DNA from: an uncultured Gammaproteobacteria bacterium
GTDB taxonomy: Bacteria; Patescibacteriota; Patescibacteriia; Magasanikbacterales; GWA2-37-8
DNA: 53,447 nt
Assembly: GCA_964363145.1 (NCBI GenBank)
Contig: CAYIHE010000001.1
Location: forward strand, 1-53,447
Direction of reading: 5' to 3'
The translations under genes and the position numbers were made by a program. The notes under the pieces are model-generated. The model was not told the DNA's origin and did no database searches. It was given only the letters and a program-made list of their open reading frames with translations. Positions 17,471 to 25,836 of this stretch are shown here, piece by piece. How positions within the stretch are numbered: position 1 is the first letter of the stretch; each line of letters begins with the position of its first letter.

Positions 17471-19793
17471 ATCCGCTTAATCTGGCAAACTGCAAAAACA
17501 AAAATAAAAATACCGCGGCCATTATTATTGGCGCGACCAAAGAAAGATAATTTGTCTTGCGCGGATTAAATCTTTGCAATAAAAGAGAGTTCCCCACCAC
17601 CGAAATAGAGCTTAAAGCCATAGCTAAACCGGCTAATTCGGGCTTGAGAATTATTCCCCAAGACATAAAAATACGCGCCGCGATAGGAATGCCGATGATA
17701 TTATAAAAAAGCGCGAAAAACATATTTTGTTTAATTTTGCTTAAAGTTTCCCGGGAAAGTTTTATGGCCGTAAGCACGTCGCGCAGATCATTTTTAATTA
17801 TAACAATGCCGCCGGTTTCCATGGCCACATCCGTGCCGCTGCCCATGGCAATACCCAAATCCGCCTGCGCCAAGGCCGGCGCGTCATTGATGCCGTCTCC
17901 CACCATAGCCACTTGCAGTCCTTGCGCCTGTAATTTTTTTATTTCCTCGGCTTTGTCTTGAGGCAAAACTTCGGCAAGCACATTTTCTATTCCAGCCTGC
18001 GCGGCAATGGCTTTGGCCGTATGTTTATTGTCTCCGGTAATCATATAAACTTTTAAGCCGGCTTTTTTTAATCTAGCCACTGTTTCTTTGGCGCTGTCTT
18101 TTATAGTGTCGGCCACAGCCAGAAAACCGACAATGCTTTGTTCTTCTCCCAAAAACATAATCGTCTTTCCCTGTTCTTCCATTTCAGTCGCGGATTTTTC
18201 CCATTCCGCTAAAGACACTTTGCGTTCCGCGGCCAATTTTCTATTTCCTAAAAAATAATTTTTGCCGTTTATTATTCCTTCCACTCCTCGGCCCGGCAAA
18301 GCTTGAAATTTATCCACAGACAAAAGCGTTATGTTTTTTTCTTTAGCTTTTTTTATTATGGCTTCGGCCAAAGGATGCTCGGATTGACTTTCCAAAGAAG
18401 CCGCGATGGATAAAATATTATCATCTCCCGCCATGTCGGTTACTAGCGGCTGTCCGTTGGTAAGGGTGCCGGTTTTATCAAAAATAATCGCCTGAATTTT
18501 GCACGCTTTCTCCAATGGTTCGCCGCCTTTTATCAGCACGCCATGCTCCGCGCCTTTGCCGGTACCCACCATAATAGCCGTTGGCGTGGCCAAACCCAAA
18601 GCGCAAGGACAGGCAATAACCAGCACCGAAGTCAGCGCCATTAAGCTAAAAGATAAGCTCGCGTTTAAAAAGAAAAACCAAACTATAAATGTTAGGCCTG
18701 CAATAATTAAAACTAAAGGCACAAATTTGGCGGAAATGCGGTCGGCCAAGGCCTGAATGGGAGCTTTGGAACTTTGCGCTTCTTCCACAAAACGTATAAT
18801 TTGCGCCAGAACAGTTTCGGCCCCGACTTTTTCGGCTCTAAACTCAAAACTGCCGTGTTTGTTTAAAGTAGCGCCGGTAACGGTGTCGCCGATATTTTTT
18901 TCCACCGGCAAACTTTCTCCGGTAAGCATAGACTCATCCACCGCGGAATTGCCTTTGATAATTACGCCGTCCACTGGAATTTTTTCTCCCGGCCGCACCA
19001 GCACTATGTCGCCTTTAGCCACTTCGCCGATGGGAATATCTATTGGCGCGCCATTTTTAAACACACGTGCGGTTTTTGGTTGTAAGCCCATTAATTTTTT
19101 TATGGCGTCGGAAGTTTTGCCTTTGGCTTTCGCTTCCAGCCATTTTCCCAAAATTACAAAGGTAATCAGAAAAGCTGAAGTTTCAAAATATAAATCCATT
19201 ATTTTTTTGCCGCTCTCCCCCATCAGACTTTGATGAGTAATGGCATAACTGCCAAAAACAATCAGGCTATAAAAATAGGCCGCGCTGGTGCCGATGGCAA
19301 TAAGACTATCCATGTTAAATTGTTTTTGTTTTAATCCGCTCCACATGCCGGAATAAAATCTTTTGCCGATAAAAAATTGGATGGGCGTGGTTAGCGCCAA
19401 AGAAACGATTCCTGTATACGGCAAAAGAAAACTTCGCAGCGGCAGCCACGCAAAAAAATCCAGAAACATAAAATAAACCATTGGCAAACTAAAAATAGCG
19501 CTCCAAAGAAATTTATTAAAAATGTCTTTTATTTCCTGATCCTTTAGCATGCGGGCGTGATCGTGGCCTGCGGGCATTACGGCCTTGTAATTGCCGGCTT
19601 CACCGATAGCGCGCGTTAGGTGTTCGTGCTTGACAACCTCTGGATCAAAAAATATAGTGGCTTTTTCCGAAGCAAAATTAACATTGGCCTCTTTTACTCC
19701 CGGCACTTTTTTTAATTTTTTTTCAATGGTATTGGCGCAAGAAGCGCAGTGCATGCCGCTGATAATTAGATCTAGACGTTGGTTTGCCGGCAT
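17469..19793 (-). CDS. copA: Copper-translocating P1B-type ATPase
   Basis: 774 aa. HMA domain [18 protein letters not shown] motif [19 protein letters not shown] and GDGINDAP. Confidence 0.95.
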   Translation of the reverse strand: MPANQRLDLIISGMHCASCANTIEKKLKKVPGVKEANVNFASEKATIFFDPEVVKHEHLTRAIGEAGNYKAVMPAGHDHARMLKDQEIKDIFNKFLWSAIFSLPMVYFMFLDFFAWLPLRSFLLPYTGIVSLALTTPIQFFIGKRFYSGMWSGLKQKQFNMDSLIAIGTSAAYFYSLIVFGSYAITHQSLMGESGKKIMDLYFETSAFLITFVILGKWLEAKAKGKTSDAIKKLMGLQPKTARVFKNGAPIDIPIGEVAKGDIVLVRPGEKIPVDGVIIKGNSAVDESMLTGESLPVEKNIGDTVTGATLNKHGSFEFRAEKVGAETVLAQIIRFVEEAQSSKAPIQALADRISAKFVPLVLIIAGLTFIVWFFFLNASLSFSLMALTSVLVIACPCALGLATPTAIMVGTGKGAEHGVLIKGGEPLEKACKIQAIIFDKTGTLTNGQPLVTDMAGDDNILSIAASLESQSEHPLAEAIIKKAKEKNITLLSVDKFQALPGRGVEGIINGKNYFLGNRKLAAERKVSLAEWEKSATEMEEQGKTIMFLGEEQSIVGFLAVADTIKDSAKETVARLKKAGLKVYMITGDNKHTAKAIAAQAGIENVLAEVLPQDKAEEIKKLQAQGLQVAMVGDGINDAPALAQADLGIAMGSGTDVAMETGGIVIIKNDLRDVLTAIKLSRETLSKIKQNMFFALFYNIIGIPIAARIFMSWGIILKPELAGLAMALSSISVVGNSLLLQRFNPRKTNYLSLVAPIIMAAVFLFLFLQFARLSG

Positions 19794-19826
19794 ATGTTTT
19801 AGGATTTAATATTTAGAGTATAGAAT

Positions 19827-20984
19827 TTAGGAAACGGGCGATTTACTTTCCAAATTTCTTAATTGTCCGCAAGCCGCGGCAATGTCTTGACCTTGAGAGT
19901 ATCGGATAGTGGAAATAAATCCGGCGTTCATTAACGTTTCGTGCCAATGCGCAATATTTTCTTTGTCAGAGCCGACCAACCCACCCCCGCCCGCTTCGCT
20001 CGGCGAAGCCGAGCGGGCAGGCCTACCCACAATCGCCTCCCGCAGCGAGCGGGATCCGCGATCCTCGAGGATCGGGACAAGCAGGGATTCAGACGATATA
20101 TTATTATACGGAATTAAATTTATTTTTATTTTTCCTAATTTTGACGCCAGTGTTATCAGCGCCTTTAAATCTTTAGGCCCGTCATTAATCCCGCCAAGCA
20201 TTATATACTCCAACCCGATAAAATGCGCGCGGCTAGGAAAAGCGCGGTGATATTTTTTTGCCCAGCCCACCAGATAATCTAAAAATCCCGGCTGATGCGA
20301 AGGCATAATAGCGGCGCGAGTGGTTTCTATGGCGCTGTGCAAAGACAATGCAAAACGCACCGGAGGAAAATCTTTGTCTTCTACCAGCCTGTCCATGGCG
20401 GCCGGAATACCGCAGGTGGACATGGTAATTTTACTTGGGCCGATGTTGGTATATTTTAAAATAATATTTAAAGCGGTTTTACAATTTTCATAATTCAACA
20501 GTGGTTCACCCTGGCCCATTACTACCATATTATCTATTTCTCCGCCATTTTTTTCATTTAAATATCGGGACCAGAAACGATACTGATCCACAATTTCCTC
20601 AACAGTCAAATTCCGGGAAAATCCGGCTTTTCCTGTGGCGCAAAAAGAACATTTCATACCGCAACCAACTTGTGAAGAAATACAAATTGTATAACGCGGT
20701 TTATCACTATTTACTTTCAGCGACCTGCGGCCCATTAAAACCGCTTCAATCAATTGTCCGTCTTCCAATTTTAATAAAGCTTTTTGCGTGTCATCAATTT
20801 TGCTTTTTTGCAAAGTGTGTAATTTTACCGAAAGCCAAGGCTTATCTGTTAATTTTTCGCGCAAATCTTTTGGCAGGGTGGTTATTTCTTCGTAACTATT
20901 TGTGTTTACATCAAACCAGGCGCGGAACACCTGGTCCTGCCTAAATTTCTTTTCGGTTGATAAAATTTGGAATAAATCTATCAT
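19827..20984 (-). CDS. rlmN: 23S rRNA/tRNA (adenine-C2)-methyltransferase RlmN carrying an in-frame repeat insertion
   Basis: 385 aa. Radical SAM CISSQVGCGMKCSFCATG and C-terminal DIAAACGQL. Confidence 0.9.
   Translation of the reverse strand: MIDLFQILSTEKKFRQDQVFRAWFDVNTNSYEEITTLPKDLREKLTDKPWLSVKLHTLQKSKIDDTQKALLKLEDGQLIEAVLMGRRSLKVNSDKPRYTICISSQVGCGMKCSFCATGKAGFSRNLTVEEIVDQYRFWSRYLNEKNGGEIDNMVVMGQGEPLLNYENCKTALNIILKYTNIGPSKITMSTCGIPAAMDRLVEDKDFPPVRFALSLHSAIETTRAAIMPSHQPGFLDYLVGWAKKYHRAFPSRAHFIGLEYIMLGGINDGPKDLKALITLASKLGKIKINLIPYNNISSESLLVPILEDRGSRSLREAIVGRPARSASPSEAGGGGLVGSDKENIAHWHETLMNAGFISTIRYSQGQDIAAACGQLRNLESKSPVS
19978..20080. repeat. Composite of hairpin modules F and E inside rlmN
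   Basis: CCCGCCCGCTTCGCTCGGC (19986-20004) equals 37338-37356. CCCGCAGCGAGCGGGATCCGCGATCCTCGAGGATCGGGACAA (20040-20080) matches 2230-2270 and 51105-51145. Confidence 0.8.
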
Positions 20985-23209
20985 GTTTTAGCAGCTGCCT
21001 TCAAAATCTTTTCCTTAATATCGTTTGGAGTCATTCCGGCCACCTCATATACCTCGGCCGCATTGCCGGATTTTAGATAGTGAGTTATGCCGATGGATTT
21101 ATTGGCGTAATTTGGGCCTAGCATAAACGGATACAAAAATCCTGGCCAGCCGTTGTGGAGAGTGACTACGAGCGGACGTTCTTCCTCCGGCAGAATTAAC
21201 TGGGCGCTTGCCGGATTAGTTTGCCGCAATTCTTCAAATAATTCCGGAGATGTGACGGCGATGATTTTTACATTGAAACCTTGGGCTTCCAGTTCTGGCA
21301 AAATCTCTAGGGTGTTTAATAGGACTTGCATGCCGCAGATTGCCAATACCAATTTTTTATTTTTATGAATAGATCCCTCGTCGGCTACGGCCTCTGTCGG
21401 GATGACAGTGTGAGAAAATTGTTTGTAGACGTAGGCGCCGTTTGTGGCTTCGATCGCCGGTGGAACTTCGGCGCGGTTAATCGTCGGCTGTTCTGTCCTG
21501 TAAACGGACAGAACAACCGGCTCGCCTTTTTCTAAAGCATAAAATAACATTTCTATGGTTTCGTTGGCGTCTGTTGGTTTGTAAACTTTTATTCCAGGCA
21601 AAGCGTTGTAGAGCGACATCCAGTACATTCCCTGATGCGTTGGGCCGTCCTCGCCTGTTTCCGGGCCATCGTGGGCGGCCAAACAAATAAAAAATCCTTT
21701 TGTTTCGGGGTTGAGCTGATTTCCGATAACTGCCAGACGAATAGCGTTGGCCATCATGTTGGTGAAAACCGCGAACGTTCCAAAAACCGAAACGGGTTTG
21801 TATCCCCCGGGCAAAATATCTTGAGTTAAACCAGCGCCCATCATGGCCATATTTTGTTCGGCAATTCCATAACGAATACCGCGCCCCAATGGATTTTTTC
21901 TACTAATGAGTCCGTAGACTTCTTCCGCGGAATTTGTAAAAACAGATTTGGATAAATCCCCTGCTCCGGCATAAAAAAACGCGGTCTGTTTCATGTACCA
22001 TGCCATCCATGCCTGCGCGGCCGTGCGGGTAGAAACTTTTTTTCCTTCCGCAAAAATTAATTCCGGCGGTAAAACTTTTGGACGTTTTATAGCCAGTGGA
22101 TTTACCAGTGGACGGCCGTCCAGAGCTTTCACCATTTGTTTAACTAAATCTGATTCATGCAAAATTTTCTTAGCTCCAACTTCTAATCGTTCTAAAATAT
22201 ATTTTTCATCATCTGAAGTAACTTGCGCCAAAACAGTTTGAATATCGGCCATTACTTTTCCCTGTTCGCCGGGAATATCAAATCCGAGTTTTTTCATTAT
22301 AGAAACATACTCGTCGTGCTTGACTGGAGACCCATGCGAGGCCGCGGTGTTTTCTTTAGAGCCGTAACCTTTGCCTTTTAATGTATGACAAATTACAACC
22401 GTGGGCGAGCCGTTGGCAAAACCTTTGGCCGCCATTTGATACGCGTAAACCATTTCCAAAATATTGTGTCCGTTTGTTTCTATAACATTCCAGCCTAACC
22501 CAAGCCAATGATTTATATAAGGAGACGAAACCACCTCTTCTATTTCGGCGTCAATTCCAAAATGATTATAATCCAGACTGACAATTAAATTTTTTAATCC
22601 GTTGGTGGCGATAATATTGCGTGCTTCGTATGTCATCCCCTCTTCGCTTTCCGCATCACCCATAAAAACAAAAGTTTTGGTATCCAGCCCGCAAGATTGA
22701 TGAACCATGGCCATACCACCGGCCGCGCATAATCCGTGCCCCGATGGCCCGGTAGTAAAATCCGAATATGGATACTGCGCCTCGGCATGACCCTGTGGGC
22801 CATCGGCATGACGGAAACGCAACAAATCTTCCGGAAATACCGCTTTTGTTACCGCAGAGGAAAATTGCCGTCCAGCGCGGCGTAAAATTTCATAATACAA
22901 AGCTTGTCCGGCAAAAAGTAATGGCGTGCAATGCCCGGCGCTCCACACCACCCTGTCTCTGCCCGAATTTTTGGGGTTGGTAGGATCAAAAGCCATTACC
23001 CCGCCCAAGGTCATTGCCAAAAATTGTTCTACTTTGCCGCTACTGCCGCCCGGGTGCCCAGATTGCCCCGCTTCCACAGCCGCAAAAATCAGGCCGCGCA
23101 GAATTTTGGCGAGCTTGTCTAGTCGTTTTACGTCTATGCCTTTTATGTTTGGTATTTTTTTACCTTGGATGTTTATGTATTCTGGCTGGTTGGATGGTTT
23201 GTTGGGCAT
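20981..23209 (-). CDS. tkt: Transketolase (long form)
   Basis: 742 aa. SGHPGGS, GHCTP, GPSGHGL and GEDGPTHQ motifs. Overlaps the rlmN start by 4 nt. Confidence 0.9.
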   Translation of the reverse strand: MPNKPSNQPEYINIQGKKIPNIKGIDVKRLDKLAKILRGLIFAAVEAGQSGHPGGSSGKVEQFLAMTLGGVMAFDPTNPKNSGRDRVVWSAGHCTPLLFAGQALYYEILRRAGRQFSSAVTKAVFPEDLLRFRHADGPQGHAEAQYPYSDFTTGPSGHGLCAAGGMAMVHQSCGLDTKTFVFMGDAESEEGMTYEARNIIATNGLKNLIVSLDYNHFGIDAEIEEVVSSPYINHWLGLGWNVIETNGHNILEMVYAYQMAAKGFANGSPTVVICHTLKGKGYGSKENTAASHGSPVKHDEYVSIMKKLGFDIPGEQGKVMADIQTVLAQVTSDDEKYILERLEVGAKKILHESDLVKQMVKALDGRPLVNPLAIKRPKVLPPELIFAEGKKVSTRTAAQAWMAWYMKQTAFFYAGAGDLSKSVFTNSAEEVYGLISRKNPLGRGIRYGIAEQNMAMMGAGLTQDILPGGYKPVSVFGTFAVFTNMMANAIRLAVIGNQLNPETKGFFICLAAHDGPETGEDGPTHQGMYWMSLYNALPGIKVYKPTDANETIEMLFYALEKGEPVVLSVYRTEQPTINRAEVPPAIEATNGAYVYKQFSHTVIPTEAVADEGSIHKNKKLVLAICGMQVLLNTLEILPELEAQGFNVKIIAVTSPELFEELRQTNPASAQLILPEEERPLVVTLHNGWPGFLYPFMLGPNYANKSIGITHYLKSGNAAEVYEVAGMTPNDIKEKILKAAAKT
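21371..21407. repeat. Half family-B element inside tkt
   Basis: AGATCCCTCGTCGGCTACGGCCTCTGTCGGGATGACA, read through as VIPTEAVADEGSI. Confidence 0.6.
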
Positions 23210-23271
23210 AAAAAAAATTTTAATAGGGTTATTGTACCGATTTTATAATAAAAAAACAAGGACACGCCCAC

Positions 23272-23300
23272 TTGACAAAAAGCTGATTTTATAGTATGAT
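23272..23300 (+). promoter_or_regulatory. Consensus sigma70-like promoter
   Basis: TTGACA (23272-23277), 17-nt spacer, TATGAT (23295-23300). AT-rich, and divergent from the tkt start. Confidence 0.5.
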
Positions 23301-23347
23301 GTTAGGTCTGCTGTTTTTTTGTGCAGACACACACAAGGAGGAATGCG

Positions 23348-23644
23348 ATGCGGGAAATGATCAAGCAGGCAGTGCAAAAGGCGCTTCAGGGATCGCGCAA
23401 GGTCAGGATCACCTTCAAGCGGGAGGCGATAGGCGACGTCAACTACCTGCTGGGGATGGCCAACAGCGAGATCATCTCGCTCAGCAGCATGGACCACATG
23501 GTGATGATGGCGGTCAGCCAGTCCAGCGGCTGGGACGGCGACCGCAACCGCACCACCGTGGTCACTCTCACCGACAAGTTCGAGGAGGAGTGGTTCGTCG
23601 GCCGGATGTACCGCGCCCTCGAGAAGATCGAGGTCGTCGGATAG
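23348..23644 (+). CDS. High-GC orphan protein (98 aa)
   Basis: Start moved to MREMIKQ because AAGGAGG (23335-23341) lies 6 nt upstream. GC-rich third positions (line 23401-23460 is 37/60 GC). Flanked by AT-rich host-like DNA. No motif recognised. Confidence 0.65.
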   Translation: MREMIKQAVQKALQGSRKVRITFKREAIGDVNYLLGMANSEIISLSSMDHMVMMAVSQSSGWDGDRNRTTVVTLTDKFEEEWFVGRMYRALEKIEVVG

Positions 23645-23662
23645 AACCCTCATCTGCAACAA

Positions 23663-23700
23663 GAGCCCCAGGGACATTGTCCCGGGGCTCGAATTTTTTT
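23663..23700 (+). terminator. Intrinsic terminator
   Basis: GAGCCCCAGGGA-CATTG-TCCCGGGGCTC stem with one bulge, followed by GAA and T7. Confidence 0.7.
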
Positions 23701-23728
23701 ACAAAAAATTATACAATTTGTTCCCATT

Positions 23729-23929
23729 TTATTTTTTGTAATATTTCGCGTATCCCTGTTTGTCTTCGGTGATTTGTTCCATTATTTTATCCGCCAACTC
23801 TGAATTGCCATCTTTAGCAATAACCGCATTCGCTAAATGCACAAGGCATCTTACTTTTTCAGCTTGATTTTGGATCTCGTTTGCTTTTTGTAGGGCGGTA
23901 TTAATATCATTATTATTTTCATAATGCAT
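23729..23929 (-). CDS. Hypothetical 66-aa helical protein
   Basis: ORF with host-like composition directly downstream of the 152-aa membrane protein. No motif. Confidence 0.4.
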   Translation of the reverse strand: MHYENNNDINTALQKANEIQNQAEKVRCLVHLANAVIAKDGNSELADKIMEQITEDKQGYAKYYKK

Positions 23930-23963
23930 TTTTGCGATTCTAATTAATATTTTTTATTTATCA

Positions 23964-24422
23964 TTAAAAATTTAGAATATTAGCAACTACCAGAACAATA
24001 CCGGCGCCGAATAAACATCCAGCCATTTTGCCGACCGCTGATTTGAGTATTGTCCTTTCTTCTGAAACTAATTGCAATCTTAATTTTTCCGCGGAATAGC
24101 CTTCAAAAATTCCAGCAATACCATCGGTTATGGCATTACCTACAACTCCACCTAAAATGGCGCCAGTTACACCGGCAAAATGACCGCCAAAAATTGCCAA
24201 AACAGCTAAAATTCCGTTATCTATTAACCCAAAAACAATATCTGGCTGGATCGATCTTAACTTTATCTTGAAAGGCAGAAGAGAGAATATGCAAAGTACA
24301 GCGAGAATAATTAAAACAAAACCTATCCACCGAGCATTGTTAATAAAAAAGACACTAACTGCAGCAATAACTACGCAAAGTGTTAAAATGTTCAATATAG
24401 ATAGAATGAATTTTTGACGCAT
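23964..24422 (-). CDS. Hypothetical Gly-rich membrane protein
   Basis: 152 aa, 4 TM. Glycine-zipper segment GGHFAGVTGAILGGVVGNAITDGIAGIFEG. Confidence 0.55.
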   Translation of the reverse strand: MRQKFILSILNILTLCVVIAAVSVFFINNARWIGFVLIILAVLCIFSLLPFKIKLRSIQPDIVFGLIDNGILAVLAIFGGHFAGVTGAILGGVVGNAITDGIAGIFEGYSAEKLRLQLVSEERTILKSAVGKMAGCLFGAGIVLVVANILNF

Positions 24423-24485
24423 ATTATAAAAAAGTGTTAGACGTTAGCCATAAAAAGAAAAGGAATATTTCAGCTAATGGCGCGC

Positions 24486-24626
24486 GGCTATGCGCTGTGG
24501 CCGGACCCCGTTTCACGGGGGCTGGACATAGCGTATAGCCGCTGTTATGCAATGTGTGCCGCGCACACTTGCAGAACAGCGGGAACCGCGCGCCATTATG
24601 CAAAATGCGCGGCGCATTTTGCATAA
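24486..24626 (+). other. Cluster of three GC-rich hairpins/palindromes (possible plus-strand RNA or protein-binding sites)
   Basis: IR0 at 24486-24540 around CCCCG-TTTCA-CGGGG. IR1 at 24548-24573. IR2 is a perfect 15+1+15 palindrome TTATGCAAAATGCGC-G-GCGCATTTTGCATAA (24596-24626). Confidence 0.5.
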
Positions 24627-24685
24627 CTGGTTACTATACGAAATGTTTACCTATAATACCCCGAAAACCGTACAACATCAACTTC

Positions 24686-24731
24686 CTACTCCTCCCAAAA
24701 CTACTCATGCTCAAACATCCGGCGTTTCCAT
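24686..24731. repeat. Left copy of a ~46-nt direct repeat
   Basis: CTACTCCTCCCAAAAC...TCAAACATCCGGCGTTTCCAT versus 25669-25714 (15/16 and 20/21 matches in the two conserved blocks). Confidence 0.65.
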
Positions 24732-24783
24732 AAACCCCACCCCTCGCCCCTCCCCTTTTAGGGGAAGGATAAAGGGATGGGTA

Positions 24784-25002
24784 TTAGTATTTTTCAAAAT
24801 CCTCTCCTTTCAACCCGGACTGGATTAAAATTGCCCGAAAAGTTCCGTAAGGTATTTCTTTGTACTTCATTTTAACGGTAACATTTCGCGTAGGATTGCC
24901 AATTTTGCGAAAACGCGCGTGCGACCCCTTTTGACGAACAAACAAAAAGCCCTTTGCTTTAAGGACTTCTAACACCAAGCTTAATAATATCGGCTTAGGC
25001 AT
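24784..25002 (-). CDS. hicA: HicA-family toxin
   Basis: 72 aa. LKAKGFLFVRQKGSHARF...IPYGTFRAILIQSGL matches the HicA pattern. Overlaps hicB by 8 nt. Confidence 0.8.
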   Translation of the reverse strand: MPKPILLSLVLEVLKAKGFLFVRQKGSHARFRKIGNPTRNVTVKMKYKEIPYGTFRAILIQSGLKGEDFEKY

Positions 25003-25213
25003 ACTTTAAAGAAAGCGGTACCAGATCAGGGTGTTCCACTTTGTGAATTTTAGAGATGGGCATATCTTCAAAATATAATTCTAGCGCTTCCTGCAAACTT
25101 TCCATGGCTTCTTTTTTGGTTTTTCCAAAACTAGAAATATCCGTATTGATATTCCAGGAGACAAAATACTTGCCTTCTTTCCAAACTACATTTTTTAAGT
25201 CTATTTTACGCAT
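24995..25213 (-). CDS. hicB: HicB-family antitoxin (UPF0150-like)
   Basis: 72 aa. YFVSWNINTDISSFGKTKKEAMESLQEALELYFED. Paired with hicA. Confidence 0.7.
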   Translation of the reverse strand: MRKIDLKNVVWKEGKYFVSWNINTDISSFGKTKKEAMESLQEALELYFEDMPISKIHKVEHPDLVPLSLKYA

Positions 25214-25285
25214 ATTATTAAGATTAACTTAATAACTTTATTATACCTTAAATAAAAAATAAATACAACCTCTCTAGTCTATCGC

Positions 25286-25567
25286 TCATACTTTATTTTT
25301 TAATTTAATACTCAAAATCAAAATAATAAGACAGGATCCAAAATTTAGTCCGAATATTATTTGTAAAAGCAAATCAGATATAAAAACAATACTATATAAA
25401 AAACCAATGCTGCTGGTTAATGTCCACAAAGCATAGGATGAAATATTGGCGCTTGGTTTTTTATTATACAAATCCTTAATTGTCGGCCAATAGCCGACAA
25501 TGCTGGCAATGCCGGTGACGCCAAAAGCAAGAATTAAAATTTTTAGAAGTATTTGCTGGGTTGACAT
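25286..25567 (-). CDS. 3-TM PQ-loop/SemiSWEET-like membrane protein
   Basis: 93 aa, three TM. YWPTIKDLYNKKPSANIS resembles the PQ-loop motif with Q replaced by T. Confidence 0.45.
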   Translation of the reverse strand: MSTQQILLKILILAFGVTGIASIVGYWPTIKDLYNKKPSANISSYALWTLTSSIGFLYSIVFISDLLLQIIFGLNFGSCLIILILSIKLKNKV

Positions 25568-25668
25568 AGGTTATGTTGTATTTCATCGTTCAAAAAATAA
25601 AAAACCACAGAATTTATACTACACTTGCACGCTTTACATTGTACCAATTTTATTATTTTAGGACAAAT

Positions 25669-25714
25669 CTACTTCTCCCAAAACCGCCCCTCTTCAAACA
25701 TCTGGCGTTTCCAT
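25669..25714. repeat. Right copy of the ~46-nt direct repeat
   Basis: CTACTTCTCCCAAAAC...TCAAACATCTGGCGTTTCCAT. See 24686-24731. Confidence 0.65.
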
Positions 25715-25720
25715 TTATAA

Positions 25721-25765
25721 GCCCGTCCCTGCGTCTACAACGCAGGGAAACTGGGCGGGCTTTTT
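25721..25765 (+). terminator. Orphan intrinsic-terminator-like hairpin
   Basis: Nested stems GCCCG/CGGGC and CCCTGCGT/ACGCAGGG, then T5. No plus-strand gene lies upstream. Confidence 0.4.
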
Positions 25766-25836
25766 AGGCAAAGTATCGGCTCCGCCGATATATATTGTAT
25801 TTCGCCCTTCATTTCATTGCGGGCACTAATAAAAAT

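Noticed and set aside
24424-24828. ORFs 24424..24624 (-) and 24547..24828 (+).
   Set aside because: They are built entirely from palindromes and the C-rich repeat, have no start signals and overlap each other. They are treated as non-coding hairpin/repeat DNA.
25573-25767. 64-aa plus-strand ORF between the PQ-loop gene and the sulfatase gene.
   Set aside because: It consists of the 46-nt direct repeat and the terminator-like hairpin, and has no translation signals.
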